Part shown: piece after piece, positions 27,486 through 36,021 of the stretch
Numbering within the stretch: position 1 is the stretch's first letter
Layout of the letters: each line of letters starts with the position of its first letter
Assembly (NCBI GenBank): GCA_963977445.1
Contig: CAXBPH010000025.1
Location: 1 to 41,179 of the forward strand
DNA from: an uncultured bacterium
Lineage (GTDB): Bacteria > Hydrogenedentota > Hydrogenedentia > Hydrogenedentales > JAEUWI01
Length of the DNA stretch: 41,179 nucleotides
Reading direction: 5' to 3'
Made by a program: the position numbers and the translations under genes
Notes under the pieces: generated by a model
What the model saw: only the letters and a program-made list of their open reading frames with translations
Databases searched by the model: none
Told to the model about the DNA's origin: nothing

Positions 27486-27965
27486 TCAAATGCGAAAAAC
27501 GCACAATTGTAGATGGAAGTCTCGGTTGGGGAGACGAGAGGAAGAGACACAGGTAGCGCGACGAAATCGCAGCCCCGGTTGCCCCTGTTGCGCAACGACA
27601 AGAACTGACGATGCGACGGTAGGCTTTATGAGACGTTCGTTCGCCCCGCTGTTGTCGGCAACATTGGTCGGTGGAACCAATTCAGGGCACGGACAGGACG
27701 ACTGAATAGACAGGCCGTTCCGCCCACAATCTTTTTCCGTGTCACCGCCCCCACCCTTCTTTGCACGGGTATTGCCCTCCGAATGGCAATGGGAAGTCGT
27801 CGACATGTCGGAACCGAGCACAGGGGCCAGCGCCTCGCTTTTTTCATCGCAGCAGCAACTGGCAAAGCAGGGACTGAAAGGCAGAACAACCATAAAAATG
27901 GCAAGCAGCATGGCGACAATTCGCCGAGGGGCGCTACATATCCGTATATCACGAGTGAATTTCAT
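27486..27965 (-). CDS. Cys-rich exported hypothetical protein leading the metal cluster (start could be 28004)
   Basis: Hydrophobic N-terminus, 'CFASCCCD', 'HCH', 'SCPC' and C-terminal 'LQLCVFRI'. Such proteins often precede metal-efflux operons. Confidence 0.55.
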   Translation of the reverse strand: MKFTRDIRICSAPRRIVAMLLAIFMVVLPFSPCFASCCCDEKSEALAPVLGSDMSTTSHCHSEGNTRAKKGGGGDTEKDCGRNGLSIQSSCPCPELVPPTNVADNSGANERLIKPTVASSVLVVAQQGQPGLRFRRATCVSSSRLPNRDFHLQLCVFRI

Positions 27966-28034
27966 CGGTATCACGATTGGTTCCGCGACGCATAGGACCA
28001 CCATAGTCCAAGTTAACGCCCGAGGGCCAACTCC

Positions 28035-28063
28035 AGTCTACAGAGATCGCCCCGGCTTGTAAA
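28035..28063 (-). promoter_or_regulatory. Putative sigma70 promoter of the copper cluster
   Basis: TTTACA (28063-28058) - 17 nt - TAGACT (28040-28035). Confidence 0.5.
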
Positions 28064-28170
28064 GCACAGGCATCGGACTCTACATTCGCGTGGGTACCAC
28101 GGTGATGTCAGGAGGCCTCAAAGAAACACCGCCCAGCAGGGCCGTTCGCCCGTTGAAATGAGAAACCCTC

Positions 28171-29094
28171 TTAATTCTTCCCGACCTTGTCCCGACGAGC
28201 CTTCAATTCCTTCATGGTGGTTAAAATGATGCCTTCTTCCTCAATGGCCTTTTTGGTGCGGGGGTCTATCAGGGCCTGATAGTCGCCGTAAAGAAAGTCC
28301 CGGTGTCCATTGATTACCCCGATGACGTCGTTGGGCTTGGTGCAATGGATGATCATGTAGGTGATGCCGGGCTTCAGGTTTTTGATGGCATCCACGTAGT
28401 GACCCACCTTTTCATCAATGTCGGTGGTTTTCCAGTTGTAGCTCTCAGAGTGGACGTGGTCCAGCACAGGCAAACCACCTTCCCAGACTTTCTTGGCAAT
28501 CTCTCCAGCCCGGGGCACCATCAGAATGGGGATCTGCTTCTCAATACCTACTTTGGCATAGCGCTCGATGAACTCCGGCTCGAACAGGGTGCCCATGTGC
28601 GAATCCATATGGCTGACGGGCAGTCCCATGGTGAGCGCCCGGTCAAGCTGGGCCCGTATTTCCAATTCCACTTCGTCGGGGGTGGCATTTTTCTTTACCA
28701 ACGTCACATTATCGGGCAGACACCCGTGCTCATCGGTAAGGCCGGGAACCTGATTCTTGCCTGCCAGGGGGCCCCACCGGTAGGCGTCGTATTCGGATGT
28801 CAACGTAAGATGGAGGCCCATATCGGTATCGGGGTGCTCTTTCATGTAGGGCAGCCAACCAGGCACCCAGGGGCAGGGCATCATGACGCTGACGGAGGTA
28901 ACCAGACCGTAATCCAGGGCCTCGGCAGCCCCTTCGTTGTTGGCGAGGGACATACCCACATCGTCGCAATGGATAATGAGCACCCGATCTTCGGGCTTCC
29001 AACCCAAACGCTCGCCGTAGGTGGGTTCCGCTGCCAAGGGGGCCACCAGGGCAATAAATTGAAAGGCAATAAGGAAAAGGCCAGCTCGAATCAT
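28171..29094 (-). CDS. ChbG/YdjC family carbohydrate deacetylase, secreted
   Basis: 'LIIHCDDVGM', 'GLHLTLTSE', 'SHMDSHMG' and 'IIHC'; signal peptide. Start revised to 29094 because a promoter lies inside the longer ORF. Confidence 0.88.
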   Translation of the reverse strand: MIRAGLFLIAFQFIALVAPLAAEPTYGERLGWKPEDRVLIIHCDDVGMSLANNEGAAEALDYGLVTSVSVMMPCPWVPGWLPYMKEHPDTDMGLHLTLTSEYDAYRWGPLAGKNQVPGLTDEHGCLPDNVTLVKKNATPDEVELEIRAQLDRALTMGLPVSHMDSHMGTLFEPEFIERYAKVGIEKQIPILMVPRAGEIAKKVWEGGLPVLDHVHSESYNWKTTDIDEKVGHYVDAIKNLKPGITYMIIHCTKPNDVIGVINGHRDFLYGDYQALIDPRTKKAIEEEGIILTTMKELKARRDKVGKN

Positions 29095-29164
29095 GATGTA
29101 ATCCCTGTGGGTTGTCTGGTTGGAACCGGAGCAATGAAGGACCATGCGTGTAAGGTTTCCCTCT

Positions 29165-29193
29165 ATCCTACGGAAACGCGCTAAAACTGTCAA
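29165..29193 (-). promoter_or_regulatory. Putative sigma70 promoter of the deacetylase gene
   Basis: TTGACA (29193-29188) - 17 nt - TAGGAT (29170-29165). Confidence 0.6.
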
Positions 29194-29315
29194 CGCGTCG
29201 GAAGGGGCACCTTAGCTCCTTATCTGAGACCGTGGTCAATCGATTTCGGTTTTGCCGTTTCTTTCCCCGACCACCACAGCACTACCCCGTGAACGGGACT
29301 GCCCCAACCCCAGGC

Positions 29316-30974
29316 TCATTGGTTGAAGAAATAATCGGCGGCGTAATACTGATTGGTCGCACCCAGATGTTCGCCGTCGGGCACAAATATAAAATCGGGC
29401 CAATTGTTGATATTCCGGCCCTCCGCGCATTCCCGCATCAGCTTTATGAAGTCCAGGGCTACTTTCTTACGACGCCCCAGATCCTCCGTGCCAATAACCA
29501 CCGCGAAGGGGAGTCGCAACGCCTCATCGAAGAAAATTCGCTCCGTGGGCGCCATGAGGGGGTGGGGCTTGAGGCCACTTGGAAAATAATTCGCCGGGTC
29601 TGGATTCGCATAGTGGCCCGCACCACTCGCGACGGCTTTGATGAGGCGATCGGCATGGAGGAGCACAAAGCGCGAAACAAACTGTCCGCCTTTTGAATGG
29701 CCATACAAATAAAACTTCTCGGTATCCAGCGAGAGAACAGACTCCAGGGAAGCTATGATTTCCAGTAATCGCAGATCCGACCGCACACCCGCCAATTCCA
29801 TAAGATCGTAATTTGGAAAATTGGCAACGTCGAAATAGGGTGCCAAAACGATGAACCCGTAGCGTTCTGCATCGCCGCGCCACATTTCCTCATAGGGCGT
29901 TGGACGACCCGCTGTCCCGTGCACAGAAACAAGGAGCGGCCAGGAGCGATCCGGGGTGTAATTGGACGGGACATAAACTTTGTATTGGGTGTCTTTCAGC
30001 ACACCGAAATCAGCGCGCCCATTGGATATGGGCGGCAAACGGGTGCCCTTCATGCTGTAATCCAGCAACCATTCCAACGTACCCCGAACATTGGGATCGG
30101 GTTCCTGATTGCGCGCCCGCTCCAGCATAGGCCCGGCACCCTGGCCGAGGATCTGGTCGAGGGCCCATGCCGCCCGCTCGCGCACGGAGCCCTCCAGGTC
30201 TTCCATCAGGGCCTTGGTCAGGTCAAAGGTTGCCGTATCCGAAGCAATCTGTCCCAAGGCGTAGGCGGCACACCGGCGCACATATAAAGAGCCATCTTCA
30301 TTCAGGGCATGGGTCAAGACGGGTATAGATGTTTCAGAGCCAACCTTACCCAGTATGAGGGCTGCCCGCCACCGCCCACTACTCAGCTGAAGCCCTTCAA
30401 AGCCCCCGTTTAACTCCGCTGCGTCCGTTGCTTTCGCCCGACGAAAAAGCAATCCAAAGGCTTCAACCTGTCGCTCACGATTGTCGAGTTGGGCCATGAG
30501 GTCGGGAACATCGAGTATCTCGTCCTCTGCAGGTCGAGAATCTTCAATAGGGAGGTCCTCGAGGAACCGGTCCACAAGAAACGTGGAAGATTCTGCGGCT
30601 TCGTCAAGCCCCGGAGGCACGAGTAGATGGGATAGAACATTGACCAGAATCGCCACCGTAAGGCCAGCGCCACCCGCGGCCCACCAGAGCTTCTTCCGTG
30701 AACGTTGGGCGACAGGCTTTCTTTGTTTCGCCCCCGCCGTGACGGGTGATACGCCCTCATCCGTTCGGGCATCAATGTCGGCCCCGGCAATAGCGGTGCT
30801 GACCTCGCCCCCGCGCAATCGGCTCAGACATTGGGCATGGGCCGTTCGAATCGTCTGTTCCTGGGGATAGCGGGCTACCAATTCATCCAGGAGTAGCAGG
30901 GCCTCGGCATAGCGCCCCGCCCGAAAGAGTGCCTCTGATTCGTTGTATGCGTGTATCGCCCCGCGCTTGTCCAC
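29316..30974 (-). CDS. TPR + TM + HEAT-repeat + alpha/beta-hydrolase multidomain protein
   Basis: N-terminal TPR, TM helix, HEAT repeats ('VRRCAAYALGQI', 'VRERAAWALDQI'), 'WPLLVSVHG' and GHSKGG nucleophile. Confidence 0.8.
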   Translation of the reverse strand: MDKRGAIHAYNESEALFRAGRYAEALLLLDELVARYPQEQTIRTAHAQCLSRLRGGEVSTAIAGADIDARTDEGVSPVTAGAKQRKPVAQRSRKKLWWAAGGAGLTVAILVNVLSHLLVPPGLDEAAESSTFLVDRFLEDLPIEDSRPAEDEILDVPDLMAQLDNRERQVEAFGLLFRRAKATDAAELNGGFEGLQLSSGRWRAALILGKVGSETSIPVLTHALNEDGSLYVRRCAAYALGQIASDTATFDLTKALMEDLEGSVRERAAWALDQILGQGAGPMLERARNQEPDPNVRGTLEWLLDYSMKGTRLPPISNGRADFGVLKDTQYKVYVPSNYTPDRSWPLLVSVHGTAGRPTPYEEMWRGDAERYGFIVLAPYFDVANFPNYDLMELAGVRSDLRLLEIIASLESVLSLDTEKFYLYGHSKGGQFVSRFVLLHADRLIKAVASGAGHYANPDPANYFPSGLKPHPLMAPTERIFFDEALRLPFAVVIGTEDLGRRKKVALDFIKLMRECAEGRNINNWPDFIFVPDGEHLGATNQYYAADYFFNQ

Positions 30975-31061
30975 CCTGCCGTACCCTCCGGTTGCTGCCC
31001 AATTAATTTTAGCGTTCTAACGCCAGGAAAGGATACAAGATGTGCGACCGACGTTCCACCC

Positions 31062-31892
31062 CTATGGGTGAAAATGTCTCGACAATTCGGTTACCCCAGC
31101 CCAAATTCTTTCCTGCGCCGTCCAGGGTAGAAAATGATTCTCCCCTTCGAGGACCATAATGTCTTGAATCACGCCTTCCGAAAAGTGGGCCTCCATATAG
31201 GCCACATTGGAGAAAGGAACCAGCATATCTTCGGTACCGTGGATGATGACCACCGGGCACGTGATTGCCGCCAGCCGGGGTGCCAGTTTTTCCAGACTGT
31301 GGCGCAAGGGAAGGAGTTCGTGATTGGAATTCCTGAAGCTCCGGGGTAGCACCTGCCGGAAGCCAACGAGGTCGCCCACGTATTGGATAGTAAAGATGCT
31401 CTCGACGCTGGGCGATAACGAGCCGGCCACGATCACAATCCCCCCTACGAGTTCCGGATAGTCAACGGCAACCTGTGCCACAATGGGCCCGCCGAGAGAA
31501 TGGCCGACAAGAATGGGTCTGCGCCCCAGGAAACCCTCCAGCAAGGGCACGAGGGACGCGGCCTGCTCGCCCATATCGGGTAGCCCCTCCGAAGGGATCG
31601 AGCCACCAAATCCGGGACGGTCCACGGCGATGACGCGGAATCCCGGTGCAGGATTGTCCAGAAAGTACGCCCAGTTGTCTGCGGACCCGGGTGTACCGTG
31701 GATGAAAATAACAGGCTGGCCGTCCTCATCGCCCCGCTGATAGGTCATGAGCGTTTGACCATCGCTGATGACGGGTACGGCCCAGTCCTGAGGCAGGTGG
31801 GACACTTCCATCTCAAGGGCAGCGATACGGAGCCACGTGTAGAGTCCGGCAAGGAAAAGCAGGGGCAGCACACGTGCTACACGACGTTTCAT
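31062..31892 (-). CDS. Alpha/beta hydrolase fold protein, N-terminally anchored
   Basis: 'FIHGTPG', 'DRPGFG', GHSLGG, 'HGTEDMLVP' and 'NHFLPW'. Confidence 0.9.
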   Translation of the reverse strand: MKRRVARVLPLLFLAGLYTWLRIAALEMEVSHLPQDWAVPVISDGQTLMTYQRGDEDGQPVIFIHGTPGSADNWAYFLDNPAPGFRVIAVDRPGFGGSIPSEGLPDMGEQAASLVPLLEGFLGRRPILVGHSLGGPIVAQVAVDYPELVGGIVIVAGSLSPSVESIFTIQYVGDLVGFRQVLPRSFRNSNHELLPLRHSLEKLAPRLAAITCPVVIIHGTEDMLVPFSNVAYMEAHFSEGVIQDIMVLEGENHFLPWTAQERIWAGVTELSRHFHP

Positions 31893-31930
31893 CGTCACCC
31901 CCTTGCTGCGCTCCCGGGAAGGCACCTTGT

Positions 31931-33736
31931 TTACTCCACGTCCGCGTCGGGCAGGAGTCCCAGATTCGCCATCAGCTGCAAGGCATTGCTGTGGTCCACC
32001 ACGCCTTTCCGCATGGTGTAGTCGAAGCGCAATTCCCGGCCATCGAGAAGATCAGAAAAATGCACATTGGATGCGGCAGCGCCCATGGCATCGGCCGCCC
32101 GGGTGAGCGCCAGGTCATGGGTGGTAACAAAGCCCACCGCACCCCGCGCCACGAAGGATTTGACCAGGGCCTCCGCGCCAATCTGACGGTCATGGGAATT
32201 GGTACCATGCAAGATTTCATCAAGGAGAAACAGTACGGGCACGTCGCCTTCTATGGCGTCGGACACGGCTTTCAGGCGGCGCAATTCGGCATAAAAACGG
32301 GACACTCCGTCTTGAATGGAATCCTGCACGCGCAATGTCGCCCCAATGCGAAAGGGCGTCAGCCGCAGCAAAGTCGCGCAGACCGGCGCACCCAGTTGAG
32401 CCAACACCACATTGATACCCACGATGCGCAGATAGGTGCTTTTCCCCGACATATTGGAGCCACTGACGATAGTGACCTTCAGTCCGTCACCCAGTCCAAC
32501 ATCGTTGGCCACACAGGCACCCGGCTTCAATAAGGGATGGGAAAGGGCCTGCCCCTGGAGCAGGGAATCACCCGATTCAATTTCAGGATAGGGATAATCG
32601 GGATGCTCATAGGCAAAGCCCGAAAGGGACAGGAGGGCTTCAAACTCTCCCACCGCTTCCAGCCACTGGGGAACGTGTTGTCCCCATTTCATGCGCCACC
32701 CTTCGATTGCGAAGGCAAGGTGCACGCCCCACATGAGCAGAATGGCTATGGGTGTGAAAAGCTGGTTCAGATGGAGATCGTAGAGAAATACCAGCCGCTC
32801 CAGCTGTTTGATGCGAACCGATACGGGTTGCTCTCCTTCCGTCAGACGGGCCTGTATATCTTGTAGCACGGGTTCGTTAAACTTTTCTTCTTCCAATCGC
32901 TCCAGTAACAGGGCCAGGACCCGCAGCTCCCGGGTAGGCTCTTCGACGTCGTGCATCACCTTCAGGATCGGTTGGGCCACGGTGCGTAACAATATCATTT
33001 GGACTGCGAACACGAGCACCAGGGGCAAATAAATACTGGTCATCAGCCCAAACAGCAGGGCCGCCATGGCAAAGCCGGACAAGCCAAGAAACAGGGCACG
33101 TTTCCCACCGCTGGGCAGGGGTGCCTTCATGGCCGCCCACCGTGACAACGCCTTGCCCCGCACCGATTGGCGAACCGCTGTTGCCAGTTGCCCGAGATCT
33201 TCCCGCAGCGCCGTCCGGTCGGTTAATTCACGAACGGCCACCTGACGCGCCCGTATCGCGGTTTCAGATTGGGGATGCTGAAGCCACGCAGCCAGCGTCC
33301 GCTGTCCCCCTTCGGTCTGGGCCTGACACAAAAGCTCAAATAGAGAGGCCTCGCCAAAGAGATCCAGATCGAGCGCATAGCCATGATCTTTCTCAAGCCA
33401 GTTTGCCCCCGTATTCCCTTCTCCAGGCCAGGTCCCTTCAATACGTCGCAGCCCACGCTCGTAATACGATATGGCCGCACTCACCCGTGATTGGGCCCGG
33501 GCGGTCCGCTCATGCCATATAACGAGCCCTACAAAGGCCAGGAGTGGAATGAGGAGCAACCACCAGGATACCCCGTCGGACATCCAGCCCCCGACGGCAA
33601 CCAGTGCGGCAACGGCAAAAACGCCAAGGCGGCCATTGGCGATATGGTCGAAGCGTCGGTTAAACGTAGCTTGTTCCTGTTGGAGCACCGCAAGGCGCGC
33701 GCTGTATATTTTTTCCGGGTTGCCGGTCTCGCTCAT
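31931..33736 (-). CDS. MutS-related ATPase with TM helices (lacks the mismatch-recognition domain)
   Basis: Walker A 'SGSNMSGKSTYLR', 'SRFYAEL', 'LLDEILHGTNS' and 'TTHD'; hydrophobic N-terminal and central segments. Confidence 0.88.
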   Translation of the reverse strand: MSETGNPEKIYSARLAVLQQEQATFNRRFDHIANGRLGVFAVAALVAVGGWMSDGVSWWLLLIPLLAFVGLVIWHERTARAQSRVSAAISYYERGLRRIEGTWPGEGNTGANWLEKDHGYALDLDLFGEASLFELLCQAQTEGGQRTLAAWLQHPQSETAIRARQVAVRELTDRTALREDLGQLATAVRQSVRGKALSRWAAMKAPLPSGGKRALFLGLSGFAMAALLFGLMTSIYLPLVLVFAVQMILLRTVAQPILKVMHDVEEPTRELRVLALLLERLEEEKFNEPVLQDIQARLTEGEQPVSVRIKQLERLVFLYDLHLNQLFTPIAILLMWGVHLAFAIEGWRMKWGQHVPQWLEAVGEFEALLSLSGFAYEHPDYPYPEIESGDSLLQGQALSHPLLKPGACVANDVGLGDGLKVTIVSGSNMSGKSTYLRIVGINVVLAQLGAPVCATLLRLTPFRIGATLRVQDSIQDGVSRFYAELRRLKAVSDAIEGDVPVLFLLDEILHGTNSHDRQIGAEALVKSFVARGAVGFVTTHDLALTRAADAMGAAASNVHFSDLLDGRELRFDYTMRKGVVDHSNALQLMANLGLLPDADVE

Positions 33737-33820
33737 GCGTAATCCTGCCCACTGGGCGCAGCCGGCCATTGGCGACGCGTAGTCCTGTTAAATTCGTCAG
33801 ACGTTAGAATTGTCGTGCCC

Positions 33821-35785
33821 CTACTTAAAAATGAGATGGCCCACACTGAATTTTTCGTCGCCTGATACAGGCACAATATGAATTTCATCAAAGCCGTGTT
33901 TTACGACATCTTCTGGAATGTTCACGGTGTAAATCTCCATCCCACGGGGACGTGCAAAACTCGGTCCCACCTCCGCGGTGTCCAAAAGTTCACCCGCGCT
34001 TAAAAAACGAAAGCGATACACATCATTGAGGTCCAAACTGACCTCAAAGGCACTGCCACGCTCTTCCGTATCGCTCAAATTTACCATAACGCCGCTGAAT
34101 TCCATTTTGGTCATTCCCGGACCATCCCACCGGGCACCCCGCGCCCGGGGCACGGCCAAATTCGCTAAGGTGACATGAACTGCCTTGGGGTAGGTAAAAA
34201 ACTCGCGGTCAATCAACGAATCGTATTGTCTCAGGTTCATACCGACTATCGCCTTGAAACGCTCCCAGGAAAAGAGTGGGCCACGAACAATCTGCGCCAT
34301 GACGTCATAAAACTCGGCGAGTTCCTTATCCTGCAAGTGATTCTCACCGGTCTGCTGGGTTAGCGCATACCCGGCAGGAATACTTCGTTTCAGGTGTCCG
34401 GGACGCTCCGCCGGATAGACCGTGGGCACACGGGCCAGCAAGGGATCACACAGGGCGTGGTAGTCGATCAAATGGAGCTTGGGTCCGCCAAAATAGCCCC
34501 GAAATCCGATGGCACCATAGATTTGCACCGTGGGAACATCCCGCGAGCGAATCCCTTTTCCGTAACGTACCCACGCCTGACGGTCCAATACGTCCGCAGA
34601 CATATTTCGCAGCAGCGACGTATAGGGATAGTAATAGGCCCGCTCTGAACAGACGCCGTTGGTCCAGGGGAAGGCTTCGGTCTTCATACTGTAGTCCGTC
34701 GACGTCCATAGCGCAGGCGTAGGCGTCATTACAAGACCTGCGGCGGCCGCTACACCCGCCCAGGGGTAGACGCCCGCTATGTTGCGCATGGTCTTAACGC
34801 GCTCAACGATTAATACCAATGACACGAGAAAGGGCGCGGTAAGAAAACGACCCGCCATAAAGTCTCCCCCCACCCAAACGATATAAAACGTGTACAACGC
34901 GGCACCAAGGGCCAACAGGCGCGTGCGCGTGGTCCCACCGATCAAGGCACTGAAAACACCCACGGCAATGGTGATCAACGGCAGGGGATCGTAGAGAAAG
35001 GACGCGCCCAGGTAGTTTATCCCCATGGTCAATACGGTATCCTTCGGGATCCCCCCACCCAACTTGGCATAGGCCGTATTGGGTACGGGAAAACCGTAAT
35101 ACACGACGGAAAACACCTCCCAGAGGATGAGGGGAGACAGCCCGATGGCAACGTCGATAATGACCCGCCGGTTAATATGCTTCCAGTCTACACACCAAAG
35201 AAAAGGCGGCAGGGCAATCAGCAGCAGGTCGTGACGGGTGAGAATAAACAGGGACAGAAACAATGTGGGGATACGAAGGCCCCCACCGGGTGCCCGCCGT
35301 CGCAGGTAGAGCACGTAGAGGACGATAAGGAGATGGGTAAGGGGATTCTCCAGGCCCGATGTGGAAAAATCGATGTAGGAATTGCAGAACAACACCGTAG
35401 TTCCCGCTATCAATACCTGGCCGGGACGTTCCGCTACTTTCCACAAGAGCAGCCCCATGGACGTCAGAGAGACCGCGATGGAAACCAGGTGGGTACTCCA
35501 GAAGGCTTCTCCGCTCAGGGCGTGGGGAATAATGAGCAATAGCATCCACAGGGGATGGGTATAGGTTTGTACCCGCTCGGCCACATTCCAACGCAATCCA
35601 TAGCCATGGATAAAGTTGTCGATGGTTCGGAAGGTAATAAAACCATCATCGGATAGCCAAGCGGTACGGAGAAGAATCACCGCATAAAAAACAAGGAGTA
35701 CGATTCGGAGAAATCGCAACTCATCGAGTACCCTGCGACGTCCGATACTATCATCACCTGAGGCGGTCAACGCGCTACACTCCAC
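33821..35785 (-). CDS. GT-C-type membrane glycosyltransferase, arabinofuranosyltransferase (AftB)-like
   Basis: 'WLSDDGFITFR', 'ERVQTYTHPLW', 'STSGLENPL', 'YYGFPVPNTAYAK', 'GGDFMAGRF' and 'RPGH'; many TM helices. Confidence 0.75.
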   Translation of the reverse strand: MECSALTASGDDSIGRRRVLDELRFLRIVLLVFYAVILLRTAWLSDDGFITFRTIDNFIHGYGLRWNVAERVQTYTHPLWMLLLIIPHALSGEAFWSTHLVSIAVSLTSMGLLLWKVAERPGQVLIAGTTVLFCNSYIDFSTSGLENPLTHLLIVLYVLYLRRRAPGGGLRIPTLFLSLFILTRHDLLLIALPPFLWCVDWKHINRRVIIDVAIGLSPLILWEVFSVVYYGFPVPNTAYAKLGGGIPKDTVLTMGINYLGASFLYDPLPLITIAVGVFSALIGGTTRTRLLALGAALYTFYIVWVGGDFMAGRFLTAPFLVSLVLIVERVKTMRNIAGVYPWAGVAAAAGLVMTPTPALWTSTDYSMKTEAFPWTNGVCSERAYYYPYTSLLRNMSADVLDRQAWVRYGKGIRSRDVPTVQIYGAIGFRGYFGGPKLHLIDYHALCDPLLARVPTVYPAERPGHLKRSIPAGYALTQQTGENHLQDKELAEFYDVMAQIVRGPLFSWERFKAIVGMNLRQYDSLIDREFFTYPKAVHVTLANLAVPRARGARWDGPGMTKMEFSGVMVNLSDTEERGSAFEVSLDLNDVYRFRFLSAGELLDTAEVGPSFARPRGMEIYTVNIPEDVVKHGFDEIHIVPVSGDEKFSVGHLIFK

Positions 35786-36021
35786 TAAAAATCATCCTGC
35801 CTGTCCCCATCAATCCGGGACGGTGGCGCCATCCCAATACGACGTAAATCTCCAAAAAAGAACGCCGCATCCGGAGCGTGGCACTATACCTGTTGCAAAT
35901 CGACGACGCAAACAGGGGTGTGTTTCCGTCGTGCACCTGTCTTGAAGTATCATGGGCTTCAGATCAGAGACGCCCCACCCTGAAACGTAGTGGCCAACCC
36001 GCCAGGACATCTGTAACGACA

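Noticed and set aside
31931..33736. Gene symbol mutS
   Set aside because: It lacks the mismatch-recognition and connector domains, so it is not the canonical repair protein.
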